Notes: generated by a model not told the origin, from the sequence alone. Numbered from the stretch's first letter, positions 50,401 through 59,757 are shown. The stretch is DNA of 64,000 nucleotides from Bacteroidales bacterium (GCA_045222555.1 JBGUYY010000082.1:19094-83093); one strand, 5' to 3'. Program-made: numbers and translations.

Positions 50401-51714
50401 CTCGTAATACGACGGAAACAGGGTCATGTCGAAGCCGATGAGCGTGTCGTAATATGAGAGGTTGAACACGCCGTCGCGACCATCGAGATATACCGGCACG
50501 AAAATCACCTTCACCTTGGAAACGGGGGCATTGTCCACATTCAGACGGTTCAATTCTTTGATAATCGGGTCGTTATAGGGGTCGTGAAGCGGATGAGTGG
50601 AGTAGTCGCGCAGGGCGGCATGGCTGTCGTCGTCGATGGAGGCATGCTCTTCCATGCGTTTGATGAGTTCGGTACGGAGGCCGCTGGTGCCGGCAGGCAC
50701 CATGATGAAGGCGACGATTTCGCGCTGCGGGTGCTGTTCTTCCAGTTCGGCCATCGTCCTGACAAACAGATCGATACCTTTGTTGTGGAACTCATAGCGA
50801 CCGCTGTTGAGCAGCAGCAGAGCATCGTTGCTGATAGGTTGTTGAAGTAGGCAGGAGGCCACCTGCAACAGTTTGGCGCGGGCGGCGGCACGTTTCTGAA
50901 CGTACTCCTCCCCTTTCGGCACAAAGTCGTTCTCGAAACCGTTGATGGTGATGACATCGGCGGGCTTCTCAAAGAAGGCGGCGCACTCCTGGTCGGTGAT
51001 CTCGCTCACGGTGCTGTAGGCATCGGCATGGCTGGCCGACAGCGACTCCAACGAAAATTTCGACTGCACCCCAAAGCGGTTTGCGGTGCCTTGCGGGTCG
51101 TACTGCTGAAGGTCGCCGTAGAGCGGCAGACCGTTGCCCGCGATGCAGCGCCCCAGCACCGTGGCGTGGGTGGTGAACACGGTGGCCACCTGCGGACAGG
51201 CGGACTTGAGGTACAAGATACCGCCACCCGTCATCCACTCATGGAAGTGAGCCACAATATGATCCATGGCGGAGCAATGGTACTGGTAGAAACTCTCAAT
51301 CACCTTGCCGGCGGCATAGCCGAACAGCAGCGGCTCCACATAGTCCCACTGGCCGCTGATGGAATCCAGCTTGTAGTTGAGCCAGAAGTCGGTGAGAATT
51401 TCATTTTTCTTTTCAAAGAAAGGCGTAAAATCCACCAGCACAACGATGGGGCTCCCCGCCACACGCCAGCGCCCCACACGGATGCGCAGTCCGGAGCGCA
51501 CGGCCGCCTCGCGCCAAGAGCGGTACAGATCCGGCGACTCCTCAAAATCGCAGTTACCACCCGACTCGTGCGAAATGTCGGGGCCTATGCAAATATAATT
51601 GTTATGGAAATGGTTGACGGCAGTGAGTGCCTTGGTGGATAGAACTGTGTAAATACCACCTACTTTGTTACAAATTTCCCAGCTGGTTTCAAATACGTAA
51701 TCGGCCTTTTTCAT
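47482..51714 (-). CDS. fusion protein: N-terminal GT3 glycogen synthase plus C-terminal GT35 alpha-glucan phosphorylase
   Basis: The N-terminus FETSWEICNKVGGIYTV is the hallmark of eukaryote-type GT3 glycogen synthase. From about aa 590, YFSMEFG...YSGGLGMLAGDYLKEASD and EASGTSGEKAVMNG (PLP Lys) match alpha-glucan phosphorylase. ATG 51714 is preferred over the TTG at 51723. Confidence 0.85.
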   Translation of the reverse strand: MKKADYVFETSWEICNKVGGIYTVLSTKALTAVNHFHNNYICIGPDISHESGGNCDFEESPDLYRSWREAAVRSGLRIRVGRWRVAGSPIVVLVDFTPFFEKKNEILTDFWLNYKLDSISGQWDYVEPLLFGYAAGKVIESFYQYHCSAMDHIVAHFHEWMTGGGILYLKSACPQVATVFTTHATVLGRCIAGNGLPLYGDLQQYDPQGTANRFGVQSKFSLESLSASHADAYSTVSEITDQECAAFFEKPADVITINGFENDFVPKGEEYVQKRAAARAKLLQVASCLLQQPISNDALLLLNSGRYEFHNKGIDLFVRTMAELEEQHPQREIVAFIMVPAGTSGLRTELIKRMEEHASIDDDSHAALRDYSTHPLHDPYNDPIIKELNRLNVDNAPVSKVKVIFVPVYLDGRDGVFNLSYYDTLIGFDMTLFPSYYEPWGYTPLESVAFGIPTVTTSLAGFGAWVKTNFAQQQGVTVCHRTDTNEEEVCRQMVDAVLHFSILDAKAKEQASADARAIAAKALWSNLYENYENVYDKALEKSALRFEFYKDKMSHFAINTEPEQSEQPKWKRVTIKSNLPDNLVKLEALANNLWWSWNYEARELFEEIAGPGCWAEYNQNPVHMLQMLPLDVLQKFSRNAQFVQKLDRVYADFQNYMNEPCTRSEKKVAYFSMEFGISNELKIYSGGLGMLAGDYLKEASDCNVNMVAVGLLYRCGYFVQQISPNGEQINLYPQQSFSKLPIHPVRDAEGNWMTVAMALPGRQLYARIWRVDVGRIRLYLLDTDLDKNNPDDRKITANLYGGDWENRLKQEFLLGIGGVRLLDMVGEKPEIFHLNEGHASFLSLERTRMLMEREHLSFPEAMELVKASSLFTTHTPVPAGHDAFSEDMMRVYFSRFPDLFNISWQQFMGLGRKRASNAEEKFSMSILACRFCQEVNGVSCIHGRVTRDMFEYLYDGRFSDELHIGYVTNGVHYPTWAHKRWQQFHQQLLAKDFKKDISNEELWSKIYEASDKDIWNLKEELRKELIKSVKELVESQMRRRNDPPALIMKTVKAIRDDVLTVGFARRFATYKRAHLLFTNEERLYALLNNPQHPMQFIFAGKAHPHDKAGQDLIKRIIDFSRRPEYIGKIIFVENYDMVLAKKLISGCDVWLNTPTRPLEASGTSGEKAVMNGVLNFSVLDGWWAEGYVQGAGWAVDEQITYADVHRQDELDAANIYAIFEEQIAPAFYCRTEGIPLEWTGMMKNCFAKISPHFTMKRQLDDYYQQFYSKLQQRSEMLTADGGEKLKELVQWKNRVLSAWGNVRFLQNNLPSDPDSTFYLGFTREIYAEVELGTLQPEEVKLEIVFTRSKEGRMRLFSKYAFKLDSYQNGVARFVCPLDAKVAGVWNWALRLIPQHPLLPHDMDLSLVKWG

Positions 51715-51733
51715 AGAATGCAAAATGAAGCGG

Positions 51734-51741
51734 CAAATTTA
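51734..51741 (-). promoter_or_regulatory. -7 promoter box TAAATTTG (minus strand)
   Basis: 20 nt upstream of ATG 51714. Confidence 0.6.
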
Positions 51742-51742
51742 C

Positions 51743-51827
51743 GAAAAATTTGAAAATTGAGAATTGGGAGATTTGAAGATTTGAAAGATTTGAGGATTTG
51801 AAGATTTGAGGATTGGGGGGATGGGGA
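51743..51827 (+). repeat. GA-rich array, mostly 8-nt period (gaagattt gaaagattt gaggattt ...), plus orientation between two minus-strand genes
   Basis: gaaaaatt tgaaaatt gagaatt gggagattt gaagattt gaaagattt gaggattt gaagattt gaggatt gggggg... It abuts the GT4 stop at 51828-51830 and the promoter box at 51734-51741. Confidence 0.85.
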
Positions 51828-52991
51828 TTAGAGGGCGATGATTTGGGCGAGTTGCTCGTTGACGCGTTCCCAGTTGTAGTTGGAGCGCACGAACTGGTAG
51901 CCGTTTTCAGAAATCCTGCCGTACATCTCAGGGTTTTCGAGCAAAGCCTTCACAGCCTCGGCGAACCCTGTGGTGGTGTTGCAGATGAGGATTTCCTTGC
52001 CATTCTCAATACCCTTGAGGGGCTTGCCTGCGAGGGTGGAGGTGACGCAGGGAAGTTTCATCGACATGGCCTCTAACAGCTTGTTTTGCAGACCAGTACC
52101 AAGGTGCATGGGGGCAATGAACACCCTTGACTGCGCATAGTAGCTGGCCATGCTGTCCACCCAGCCGGTCACGATGACTCGGCGGCTCTGGAGGGCCCTG
52201 ACGGCGGGAGAGGGCGAAGCACCGCAGAGGGCAACGGTAAGGTCAGGATAATCCTGCCAAAGCAGCGGCATCACCTCACGCACCAGATACTGAGCGGCCT
52301 CCACATTGGGAGCATAGCTCATATTTCCTGCAAAAATCAGATCATAATTTTTCTCACAATCCTGATAGCGATAGTAGTCGAAATCCACGCCATTGGCCAC
52401 CACATGAATCAGGTTGCTCTGCTCGTGCGGAATAAGGTCGCGGTCCACCTCCGTGATGATCACCTTTTCATCAAACAGCGAGAAGACCTGCTCCTCATAG
52501 CGGCAGAGGCGGCGGTATTCGGCATTGAAAAACCAGCGTTTCCAGAAGGGAGCTTTTTCAGCGCGACGTTGCATTCCTTTCGATAGAACATCTTGATAAT
52601 CAATCGTTTTACGAATATTGAAATGCGTCACATATTCCGCCACCCGTATCAGTTGGCAGAAGATGCGGTCGGGCTGCACGCGGGCTACCAGTTCGTTGAC
52701 AAGTTGCTGCGCCTTGCGACTGTAGAAATAGCCGCACTGGAGGGGAAGTCCCGTGAAAAGAGCGCGGGCGGTATTCCACAGCCGGCTTGCCCAAGTCAGT
52801 TTCACCACATGCAGTTCTTTACAGAACGGCCGAATCTTCGCCATCGACTCCTCTGTGGGAAACTTTTCACACAAAGTCACCACATAGAGTTCGTGATAGC
52901 GCGACAAAACCCGCAGCTGATGGTATGCGCGGAGCTTATCACCCTTCTCGAGAGGGTACGGGAAACGGGGTAAAACGACTAAAACTTTCAT
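51828..52991 (-). CDS. family 4 (GT-B, GT1-Pfam) glycosyltransferase
   Basis: C-terminal E..G....LLEAMSMKLPCVTS motif and ~390-aa GT-B size. Confidence 0.8.
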   Translation of the reverse strand: MKVLVVLPRFPYPLEKGDKLRAYHQLRVLSRYHELYVVTLCEKFPTEESMAKIRPFCKELHVVKLTWASRLWNTARALFTGLPLQCGYFYSRKAQQLVNELVARVQPDRIFCQLIRVAEYVTHFNIRKTIDYQDVLSKGMQRRAEKAPFWKRWFFNAEYRRLCRYEEQVFSLFDEKVIITEVDRDLIPHEQSNLIHVVANGVDFDYYRYQDCEKNYDLIFAGNMSYAPNVEAAQYLVREVMPLLWQDYPDLTVALCGASPSPAVRALQSRRVIVTGWVDSMASYYAQSRVFIAPMHLGTGLQNKLLEAMSMKLPCVTSTLAGKPLKGIENGKEILICNTTTGFAEAVKALLENPEMYGRISENGYQFVRSNYNWERVNEQLAQIIAL

Positions 52992-53008
52992 CGCAAGAAA
53001 TGAGGTTG

Positions 53009-53016
53009 CAAAAATA
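53009..53016 (-). promoter_or_regulatory. -7 promoter box TATTTTTG (minus strand)
   Basis: 18 nt upstream of ATG 52991. Confidence 0.6.
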
Positions 53017-53095
53017 CACGATTTTTTTAGAATAAAGGCAACATTTTTTCAGTGTTTTTGTAAGGATTAGCAAACTCTATATAAAAAATAAGTAG

Positions 53096-53103
53096 TATTT
53101 TTG
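53096..53103 (+). promoter_or_regulatory. -7 promoter box TATTTTTG
   Basis: 106 nt upstream of ATG 53209. Confidence 0.45.
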
Positions 53104-53208
53104 CAGCGATGATTTTTTAATTGGATATATTGTAATTTATTGTGTATATTTTTTGAAAAATCATTTTATAAATAATTGATAATCAATAATAAAAATAAAA
53201 ATAAATCA

Positions 53209-56200
53209 ATGAGAAAGACACTTACAGCCCTCCTCATCATTTTGGCAACCTGCATCAGCAGCGCATTCGGACAGTGCACCGTCAGTATTTCAGGCCCCAC
53301 TGGAATTGTTTGCACCGGTGACCAAGTCACACTGACCGCATCAATAAATGGTGCTGATCCAGGCAGCTGCGCCTCATCCGTCAACATCAGCAACACGACC
53401 ACCACGGTCACCTGTGGGCAGTCGATTTGCTTCTATGATTCAGGCGGTCCGAGCGGAAACTATAGCACCAGTGAGAGTTACATCCACACTTTCACCTCCA
53501 GCAACGGCTCACCCGTCACCATCACCTTCCTGTCGGCCACTGGCGAGACCTGCTGCGACTACATCTACGTCTACGATGGAGCAGGAACCGGCGGCACTCA
53601 GCTGCATTACGGTTTGCTGAGCACCGTGAACGGCAACGTGACCTACACCTCCACGGGCAACAGTCTTACTGTGAAATTCACCTCCGACGGAAGTGTGTGT
53701 TACGACGGATGGCAGGCCATTATTTCCTGCGACGCCTGCACCAACTACACCTACAACTGGAGTAACGGCATGACCGGTCAGACCATCACGGTATCCCCCA
53801 CTTCCCAAACCACCTATACGGTCACCGCCAACTCTGAGGGCTGCTGCAACTCCACTGCCTCTGTCACCATCAACCCCACCAACTGCGTGAACAACTGCAA
53901 CGGTTTTGAGACCACCGCCGACCGCGCGGAATGGACTTTCGTGAACGGTTCGCAGACCAACCAGTGGGTGATGAACACCGCCGTGAACAACGGTGGACAA
54001 TACGCAATGTACGTCACCAATGCTCCCACCTCCACCACTCCCGTCAACTCCTACACCAACACCAGCACCTACGTTTGGGCCTACAAAGACATCGAATTCC
54101 CGGAATGCGACGACAACTTCACCCTGAGTTTCGACTGGATGGCCTATGGCGAGAGCTGCTGCGACTATATGTACGTCTACATCGGCGCACCGGCCACAGT
54201 AACAGCTGGTTCCGCCACCGCCCCGACAGGCGCGACCCAATTCAACAACCCCACCACCTCCTCTGTGAAATTCAACCTTGCCAGCACCTGGCAGCATTTT
54301 GAGACTCAGCTCAGCAGTGCAACCTATTCGGGCCAGATCATGCGCCTATACTTCATGTGGCACAACGACGGTTCGGTACAGACCCAGCCGCCGGCGGCCG
54401 TTGACAACGTCTGCATCCAGTCGTGCGAGCCTTGTAACCAGCCCGTGGTGAATGTCACCCCTGAGTCGGCAGTACTCTGCCAAGGTGAGAGCGTCACGTT
54501 CAACGCCACCGTTACGGGCGGCAGCGGTCACGGCTACACCTACGAGTGGACTCCGGCCACCGGCTTGAGTTCCACCAACACGGCCACCACCACCGCCACG
54601 CCGACCGCTACCACCACCTACTCGCTGCGCGTTACCGACAGCGAGGATTGTGCCAAGACGGTGCGCATCCCCGTGGAGATCTCAGGCACCACCATCGAGA
54701 TTACACAGTCGCCGGCCGTCTATTGCCGCGGCACCGACCCCGTGACCCTTAACGCTGTGCTGAATGTGAGCGGTAGCTGCAGCAACTACACCTATGCCTG
54801 GAGCAACGGTCCTACCGGCACCGTGTCAACAGACGTTCCCCAGCAGAACACCACCTATACCGTCACCGCCACACCAGTCGGCGGCGACTGCTGCACCCTG
54901 ACCGCCACCCACACCGTTGAAGTGGGGGACTGCAACCAGGACTGCAACGATTTTGAGACCCCGACAGGTCGTGCCGAATGGACGCTTGTGAACGGTTCGC
55001 AGACCAACCAATGGGTGACGGGCACTGGCACCAACAACGGCGGCCAGTACGCCCTGTACGTGTCGAACTCCCCCACAGCGGCAACCCCGCCCAACTCCTA
55101 TACCAACACTGCTTCCACCGTATGGGCTTACAAGGAGATTGAGTTCCCAGAATGTGATGAAGACTTTGTGCTGAGTTTCGACTGGAAATGCGGCGGTGAA
55201 AGCTCCTGCGACTACATGTCCGTATTCATCGGAGAAGAGGCAACCGTAACAGCGGGCAGCACCACTCAGCCTACTGGTTCCACCCGTATCACGAATCCCG
55301 ACGCCACCTCTTCCTCTTATACCAACTACTTCAACACTTACGGCAACTATAACGACCAATGGCATCACACCGAGGTCATCCTTGACCACGAAACCTATTC
55401 CGGATTGTATATGACGCTTTATTTCATGTGGCATAATGACGGTTCTGTACAGAACTACAGTCCGGCAGCTGTGGACAACGTATGTATCCAAGCTTGTATT
55501 CCGTGTGATCAGCCTGTAGTGACCGTCACTCCGGCCAGTGTCATCCTGTGCCAGGGCGAAAGTGTTGACTTCACGGCATCCGCCACGGGCGGCAGCGGCG
55601 GCGGCTACACCTTCACATGGTCGCCCGCTGGTTCTCTCAACACTACCAACGGCCCCACTGTGACCGCCACCCCTGAGGAGACCACTGTGTATAGAGTACG
55701 AGTGACAGACGGAGAGGGCTGCGCCAAGACCGTGCGTGTGACCGCTGAAGTGTCGGGTACTCGTCTTAACGTGCAGGCCACGCCCGCCGGCTTCTGCGCC
55801 GGCAGCACCGAGCCTGTCACCATCACCGCCAACTTGCAGGTGGAAGGTTCCTGCAGTGGCTACACCTACGCTTGGAACACGGGAGCTGTCGGCACAACCA
55901 TCAACGACAACCCCACCATCTCCACCACCTACACCGTGACCGCAACGCCCACCGACCCCGCCTGCTGCGAACTTATTGCCAGTGTCACCGTGGCTGTGAT
56001 GGACTGCGCCGCTGAAGGCTGTCCGAGCGTCGCTCCGGCAGAGCTGGGAACCAACAATGTAGATATCAACATTGACTGTTCATCGCAGCCAGAGGTCACC
56101 CTCAGCGCCAACGTCATGGCCACTGCCGTGGAGGCCGACGACTACTTTGTATTCTCCATCCCCTACAACCCGCCTTACGGCTACACGGATGGCACACGAA

Positions 56201-57945
56201 TCTTTGCCAACGCTACCGACGACACATGGAGTAGTGTGGTAAACCTGCCCTTCACCTTCTGCTATTACGGCAACACCTACACTCAGATTGTGGCAGGCGC
56301 CAACTCAGTGGCTACCTTCAACACCAGCGTGGCCGGCAACAGCTGCGCTTGGTCGTACGACGAATCTATTCCGGATGCCAACCTCTTCCCCAACACCATC
56401 TTCGCCTGCTACCGTGACATCTACCCCTCCACCAGCGATTATATAGCATCCACGGGCGACGGCGGCATTTTTGAGGGTGTTTTAGGAGAATATCCTTGCA
56501 GAAGCTACGTGTTAAGTTTCAACAACATCAAGCTCTTCTCCTGCACCGAAATCAGAACCTTCACCTCCATGATTGTATTGTATGAAGGTACTAATGTTAT
56601 TGATATCTATTTACGTGATGCACCGACCTGCACCTCTTGGAACGATGGTAACGGTGTGATCGGTCTCCAGAATGCTGACTGCTCGCGCGGTATCACACCT
56701 CCCGGCCGCAACACTGGTCCGTGGACGGCACACGAAGAGGCATGGCGTTTCATGCCGACCGGCCAGCCCAGCTATACCGTCACCTGGTACCTGGGCACCG
56801 ACACGTCGGCCAACGGTACCATACTCGGATATGGCGACCTGCTGACCGTGACTCCCACAGAGAGCAACGACTACACGGCTCGCTTGCAGTACACGGCCTG
56901 CAACGGCGACTACTTTGACATTGTCAACCGTTGCCATGTGACCGTCAATAACGCCACCCCGATTCTGACAGTCGTTGCTTCAAAAGACACCCTCTGTCCG
57001 AACGAGGAGGTGACCATTGAAGCCTTCACCGAGACACCGATTTCATACGTATGGAACACTGGTGACACGGTTTCACAATTCACCCTCATTCCGGAAGAAG
57101 TGGTCTCCACTTACACGGTAACGGTGACCTACGAGAATGGTTGTACCAGAAGCGACAGCATCACCGTATATGCCGTAGCCTCCATTGATCCGCCCACCTT
57201 CACATTGGATCCGAACGAGGATTGTGCAGGAAGCCGCTTTGTCATCACAGCCAATGATTACGCCTACTATTACTGGAGCAATGGCGCCACCAGCCAGTCC
57301 ATCACCGTATATCCCCAGGCCACTACCACCTACTCGCTGACCGTATCCGACGAGGTGGGTTGTCAGTCCAGCGGACAGACAACGGTCACCGTGCACCCCT
57401 ATCCTACTGCAGCCTTCGCGCCCGAACAGTTCCTCACCTACCTTGAGGATGGTGTCGCCGATGTGCGCTTCATTGACTTCTCGGAAGGTGCCGTCAACTG
57501 GCTGTACGACTTCGGCGACCAATGGTCCAACTCCAACACCTCCATTGAACAAAATCCTATCCACACCTATACCCACTCTGGCATTTATACTGTAACACAG
57601 TGGGTGACTTCCGACTTCGGCTGTTCAGACTCTGTAACGCATCAGGTTTCGATACAAAAACCCTTCTACTTCTACGTTCCCAACGCCTTCACACCCGATG
57701 GCGACGGCATCAACGAAGTATGGCTGCCGCAAGGCGAGGGTGTGGACGAAAGCAACTATGTGTGTATGGTATTCGACCGCAACGGACGAATGATTTTCAA
57801 GACCAACTCGCTGACACAAGGCTGGGATGGTAGAGACCAACGCGGCAAAGCAGTACCCTGTGCCAGCTATGTCTATGTCATCCAGACCAGCACCATGGAT
57901 GCCACTCCAAAAGAATACACCGGCACCGTCACTGTTGTACGTTAA
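53209..57945 (+). CDS. giant Cys-rich secreted protein with T9SS type-B (gliding-motility CHU_C) C-terminal sorting domain
   Basis: Signal peptide MRKTLTALLIILATCISSAFGQ. A CUB-like module (ICFYDSGGPSGNYS...CCDYIYVYDG). Tandem modules of about 350 aa. A PKD-like domain (YDFGD...HTYTHSGIYTV). C-terminal VPNAFTPDGDGINE...WDGRD...YVYVI. Confidence 0.8.
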   Translation: MRKTLTALLIILATCISSAFGQCTVSISGPTGIVCTGDQVTLTASINGADPGSCASSVNISNTTTTVTCGQSICFYDSGGPSGNYSTSESYIHTFTSSNGSPVTITFLSATGETCCDYIYVYDGAGTGGTQLHYGLLSTVNGNVTYTSTGNSLTVKFTSDGSVCYDGWQAIISCDACTNYTYNWSNGMTGQTITVSPTSQTTYTVTANSEGCCNSTASVTINPTNCVNNCNGFETTADRAEWTFVNGSQTNQWVMNTAVNNGGQYAMYVTNAPTSTTPVNSYTNTSTYVWAYKDIEFPECDDNFTLSFDWMAYGESCCDYMYVYIGAPATVTAGSATAPTGATQFNNPTTSSVKFNLASTWQHFETQLSSATYSGQIMRLYFMWHNDGSVQTQPPAAVDNVCIQSCEPCNQPVVNVTPESAVLCQGESVTFNATVTGGSGHGYTYEWTPATGLSSTNTATTTATPTATTTYSLRVTDSEDCAKTVRIPVEISGTTIEITQSPAVYCRGTDPVTLNAVLNVSGSCSNYTYAWSNGPTGTVSTDVPQQNTTYTVTATPVGGDCCTLTATHTVEVGDCNQDCNDFETPTGRAEWTLVNGSQTNQWVTGTGTNNGGQYALYVSNSPTAATPPNSYTNTASTVWAYKEIEFPECDEDFVLSFDWKCGGESSCDYMSVFIGEEATVTAGSTTQPTGSTRITNPDATSSSYTNYFNTYGNYNDQWHHTEVILDHETYSGLYMTLYFMWHNDGSVQNYSPAAVDNVCIQACIPCDQPVVTVTPASVILCQGESVDFTASATGGSGGGYTFTWSPAGSLNTTNGPTVTATPEETTVYRVRVTDGEGCAKTVRVTAEVSGTRLNVQATPAGFCAGSTEPVTITANLQVEGSCSGYTYAWNTGAVGTTINDNPTISTTYTVTATPTDPACCELIASVTVAVMDCAAEGCPSVAPAELGTNNVDINIDCSSQPEVTLSANVMATAVEADDYFVFSIPYNPPYGYTDGTRIFANATDDTWSSVVNLPFTFCYYGNTYTQIVAGANSVATFNTSVAGNSCAWSYDESIPDANLFPNTIFACYRDIYPSTSDYIASTGDGGIFEGVLGEYPCRSYVLSFNNIKLFSCTEIRTFTSMIVLYEGTNVIDIYLRDAPTCTSWNDGNGVIGLQNADCSRGITPPGRNTGPWTAHEEAWRFMPTGQPSYTVTWYLGTDTSANGTILGYGDLLTVTPTESNDYTARLQYTACNGDYFDIVNRCHVTVNNATPILTVVASKDTLCPNEEVTIEAFTETPISYVWNTGDTVSQFTLIPEEVVSTYTVTVTYENGCTRSDSITVYAVASIDPPTFTLDPNEDCAGSRFVITANDYAYYYWSNGATSQSITVYPQATTTYSLTVSDEVGCQSSGQTTVTVHPYPTAAFAPEQFLTYLEDGVADVRFIDFSEGAVNWLYDFGDQWSNSNTSIEQNPIHTYTHSGIYTVTQWVTSDFGCSDSVTHQVSIQKPFYFYVPNAFTPDGDGINEVWLPQGEGVDESNYVCMVFDRNGRMIFKTNSLTQGWDGRDQRGKAVPCASYVYVIQTSTMDATPKEYTGTVTVVR
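53737..56005 (+). repeat. intragenic tandem duplication: module 1 53737-54777, module 2 54778-55851, partial module 3 55852 to about 56005
   Basis: Each module starts C(T/S)(N/G)YTY(N/A)W(S/N).G. Modules 1 and 2 also contain C(N)(G/D)FET...RAEWT.VNGSQTNQWV, FPECD, CDYM.V(Y/F)IG, LYFMWHNDGSVQ, AAVDNVCIQ.C.PC.QPVV and LCQGESV.F.A..TGGSG.GYT(Y/F).W.P. Confidence 0.85.
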
Positions 57946-57969
57946 CATCCTACCCCTACTGCCCTCACT

Positions 57970-59757
57970 ATGAAAAACATCCGCAACTTCTGTATCATCG
58001 CACACATTGACCACGGGAAAAGCACATTAGCAGACCGAATGCTCCAGTTCACCGGCACGGTGAACGACCGCGACTTCCAAGACCAAGTTTTGGACGACAT
58101 GGCGCTGGAGCGCGAGCGTGGCATCACCATCAAGAGCCACGCCATCCAAATGGATTACCAATACAAAGGGGAGCACTATGTGCTGAACCTGATTGACACC
58201 CCCGGTCACGTGGACTTCTCCTACGAAGTGTCGCGTTCCATCGCAGCGTGCGAAGGCGCCCTGCTGTTGGTGGATGCCACACAGGGTGTTCAGGCCCAGA
58301 CGATTTCCAACCTTTATTTAGCCATCGACAATAATTTGGAAATCATACCTGTGCTCAACAAGATGGATATGCCCGCCGCCATGCCGGCAGAGGTGAAAGA
58401 CCAGATTATTGACCTGATTGGGTGTGACGAGTCGGAAATTATCGAGACCAGCGGTAAGACCGGACTGGGTGTGGAGGAACTGTTGGCCGCCATCATCGAG
58501 CGCATCCCCGCCCCAAAAGGCGACCCCGACGCTCCCCTGCAGGCCCTCATCTTCGACTCCGTATTCAACTCATACAGAGGCATCATCTCCTACTTCCGAA
58601 TCTTCAACGGCACCATGCACACGGGCGACAAGCTCAAGTTCTTGTCCACCGGCAAGGAGTACGATGCCGATGAGATTGGCGTGCTACGCATGACGCAGGA
58701 ACCTCGCCAGGTGATGAAGGCCGGCGATGTGGGCTACATCATTTCCGGCATCAAGACCTCGAAGGAGGTGCGTGTGGGCGACACCGTCACGCAGGTGGAA
58801 CGTCCCTGTACGGAAGCGGTGGCCGGATTCCAGGAGGTGAAACCCATGCTCTTCGCCGGTGTTTACCCCACCGATGCCGACCAGTATGAGGAGCTGCGCG
58901 CCTCGTTAGAGAAACTCCAGCTCAACGACGCCTCCCTCACCTTCGTGCCCGAATCGTCGGCTGCCCTCGGCTTCGGTTTCCGCTGCGGCTTCCTCGGACT
59001 GCTGCACATGGAGATTGTGCAGGAACGCCTCGACCGCGAGTTCAACATGGACGTGATTGCCACCGTACCCAACGTCTCCTACAACCTTTACACCACCAAA
59101 GGCGAACTCATCGAAGTTCACAATCCTTCTGGCATGCCTGCCCCCACCATGATCGACCACGTGGAGGAACCCTATATCCGGGCACAGATCATCAGCAAGG
59201 ATGACTTCATCGGCCCCATCATCAAGCTATGTCTTGACAAGCGTGGCACGCTGCTCAACCAAGTCTATATCGCCTCCAACCGTGTGGAGCTGACCTTCGA
59301 CCTGCCGTTAGGTGAAATCGTTTTCGATTTTTACGACAAATTGAAGAGCATCTCGAAAGGGTACGCCTCTTTCGACTATCATATTTCCAGCTACAAGCCC
59401 GCACATCTGGTGAAACTGGATATTCTGCTGAACGGCGATTCGGTGGATGCCCTCTCCTCGCTGACCCATGTGGACAATGCTTATCCTTTTGGGCGAAAGA
59501 TTTGCGAAAAGCTGAAGGAACTCATCCCGAGACAGCAGTTCGACATCGCCATCCAGGCGGCCATCGGCTCCAAGATCATCGCAAGAGAAACGGTGAAGCA
59601 GGTGCGCAAGGATGTGACTGCCAAGTGTTACGGCGGCGATATCACCCGTAAGCGCAAACTGTTGGAAAAACAGAAACAGGGCAAGAAGCGCATGCGCCAA
59701 ATCGGCAACGTGGAAGTGCCGCAGTCGGCCTTCCTCGCCGTGCTGAAATTGGACTAA
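57970..59757 (+). CDS. lepA: translation elongation factor 4
   Basis: [26 protein letters not shown] and NKMD motifs, plus the conserved LepA C-terminal domain. Confidence 0.95.
   Translation: MKNIRNFCIIAHIDHGKSTLADRMLQFTGTVNDRDFQDQVLDDMALERERGITIKSHAIQMDYQYKGEHYVLNLIDTPGHVDFSYEVSRSIAACEGALLLVDATQGVQAQTISNLYLAIDNNLEIIPVLNKMDMPAAMPAEVKDQIIDLIGCDESEIIETSGKTGLGVEELLAAIIERIPAPKGDPDAPLQALIFDSVFNSYRGIISYFRIFNGTMHTGDKLKFLSTGKEYDADEIGVLRMTQEPRQVMKAGDVGYIISGIKTSKEVRVGDTVTQVERPCTEAVAGFQEVKPMLFAGVYPTDADQYEELRASLEKLQLNDASLTFVPESSAALGFGFRCGFLGLLHMEIVQERLDREFNMDVIATVPNVSYNLYTTKGELIEVHNPSGMPAPTMIDHVEEPYIRAQIISKDDFIGPIIKLCLDKRGTLLNQVYIASNRVELTFDLPLGEIVFDFYDKLKSISKGYASFDYHISSYKPAHLVKLDILLNGDSVDALSSLTHVDNAYPFGRKICEKLKELIPRQQFDIAIQAAIGSKIIARETVKQVRKDVTAKCYGGDITRKRKLLEKQKQGKKRMRQIGNVEVPQSAFLAVLKLD

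Noticed and set aside
53109-53164. 9/10-bp inverted repeat ATGATTTTTT ... GAAAAATCAT in the leader of the giant adhesin gene.
   Set aside because: The region is extremely AT-rich, so short A/T inverted repeats are expected by chance. I see no second copy or conserved context.
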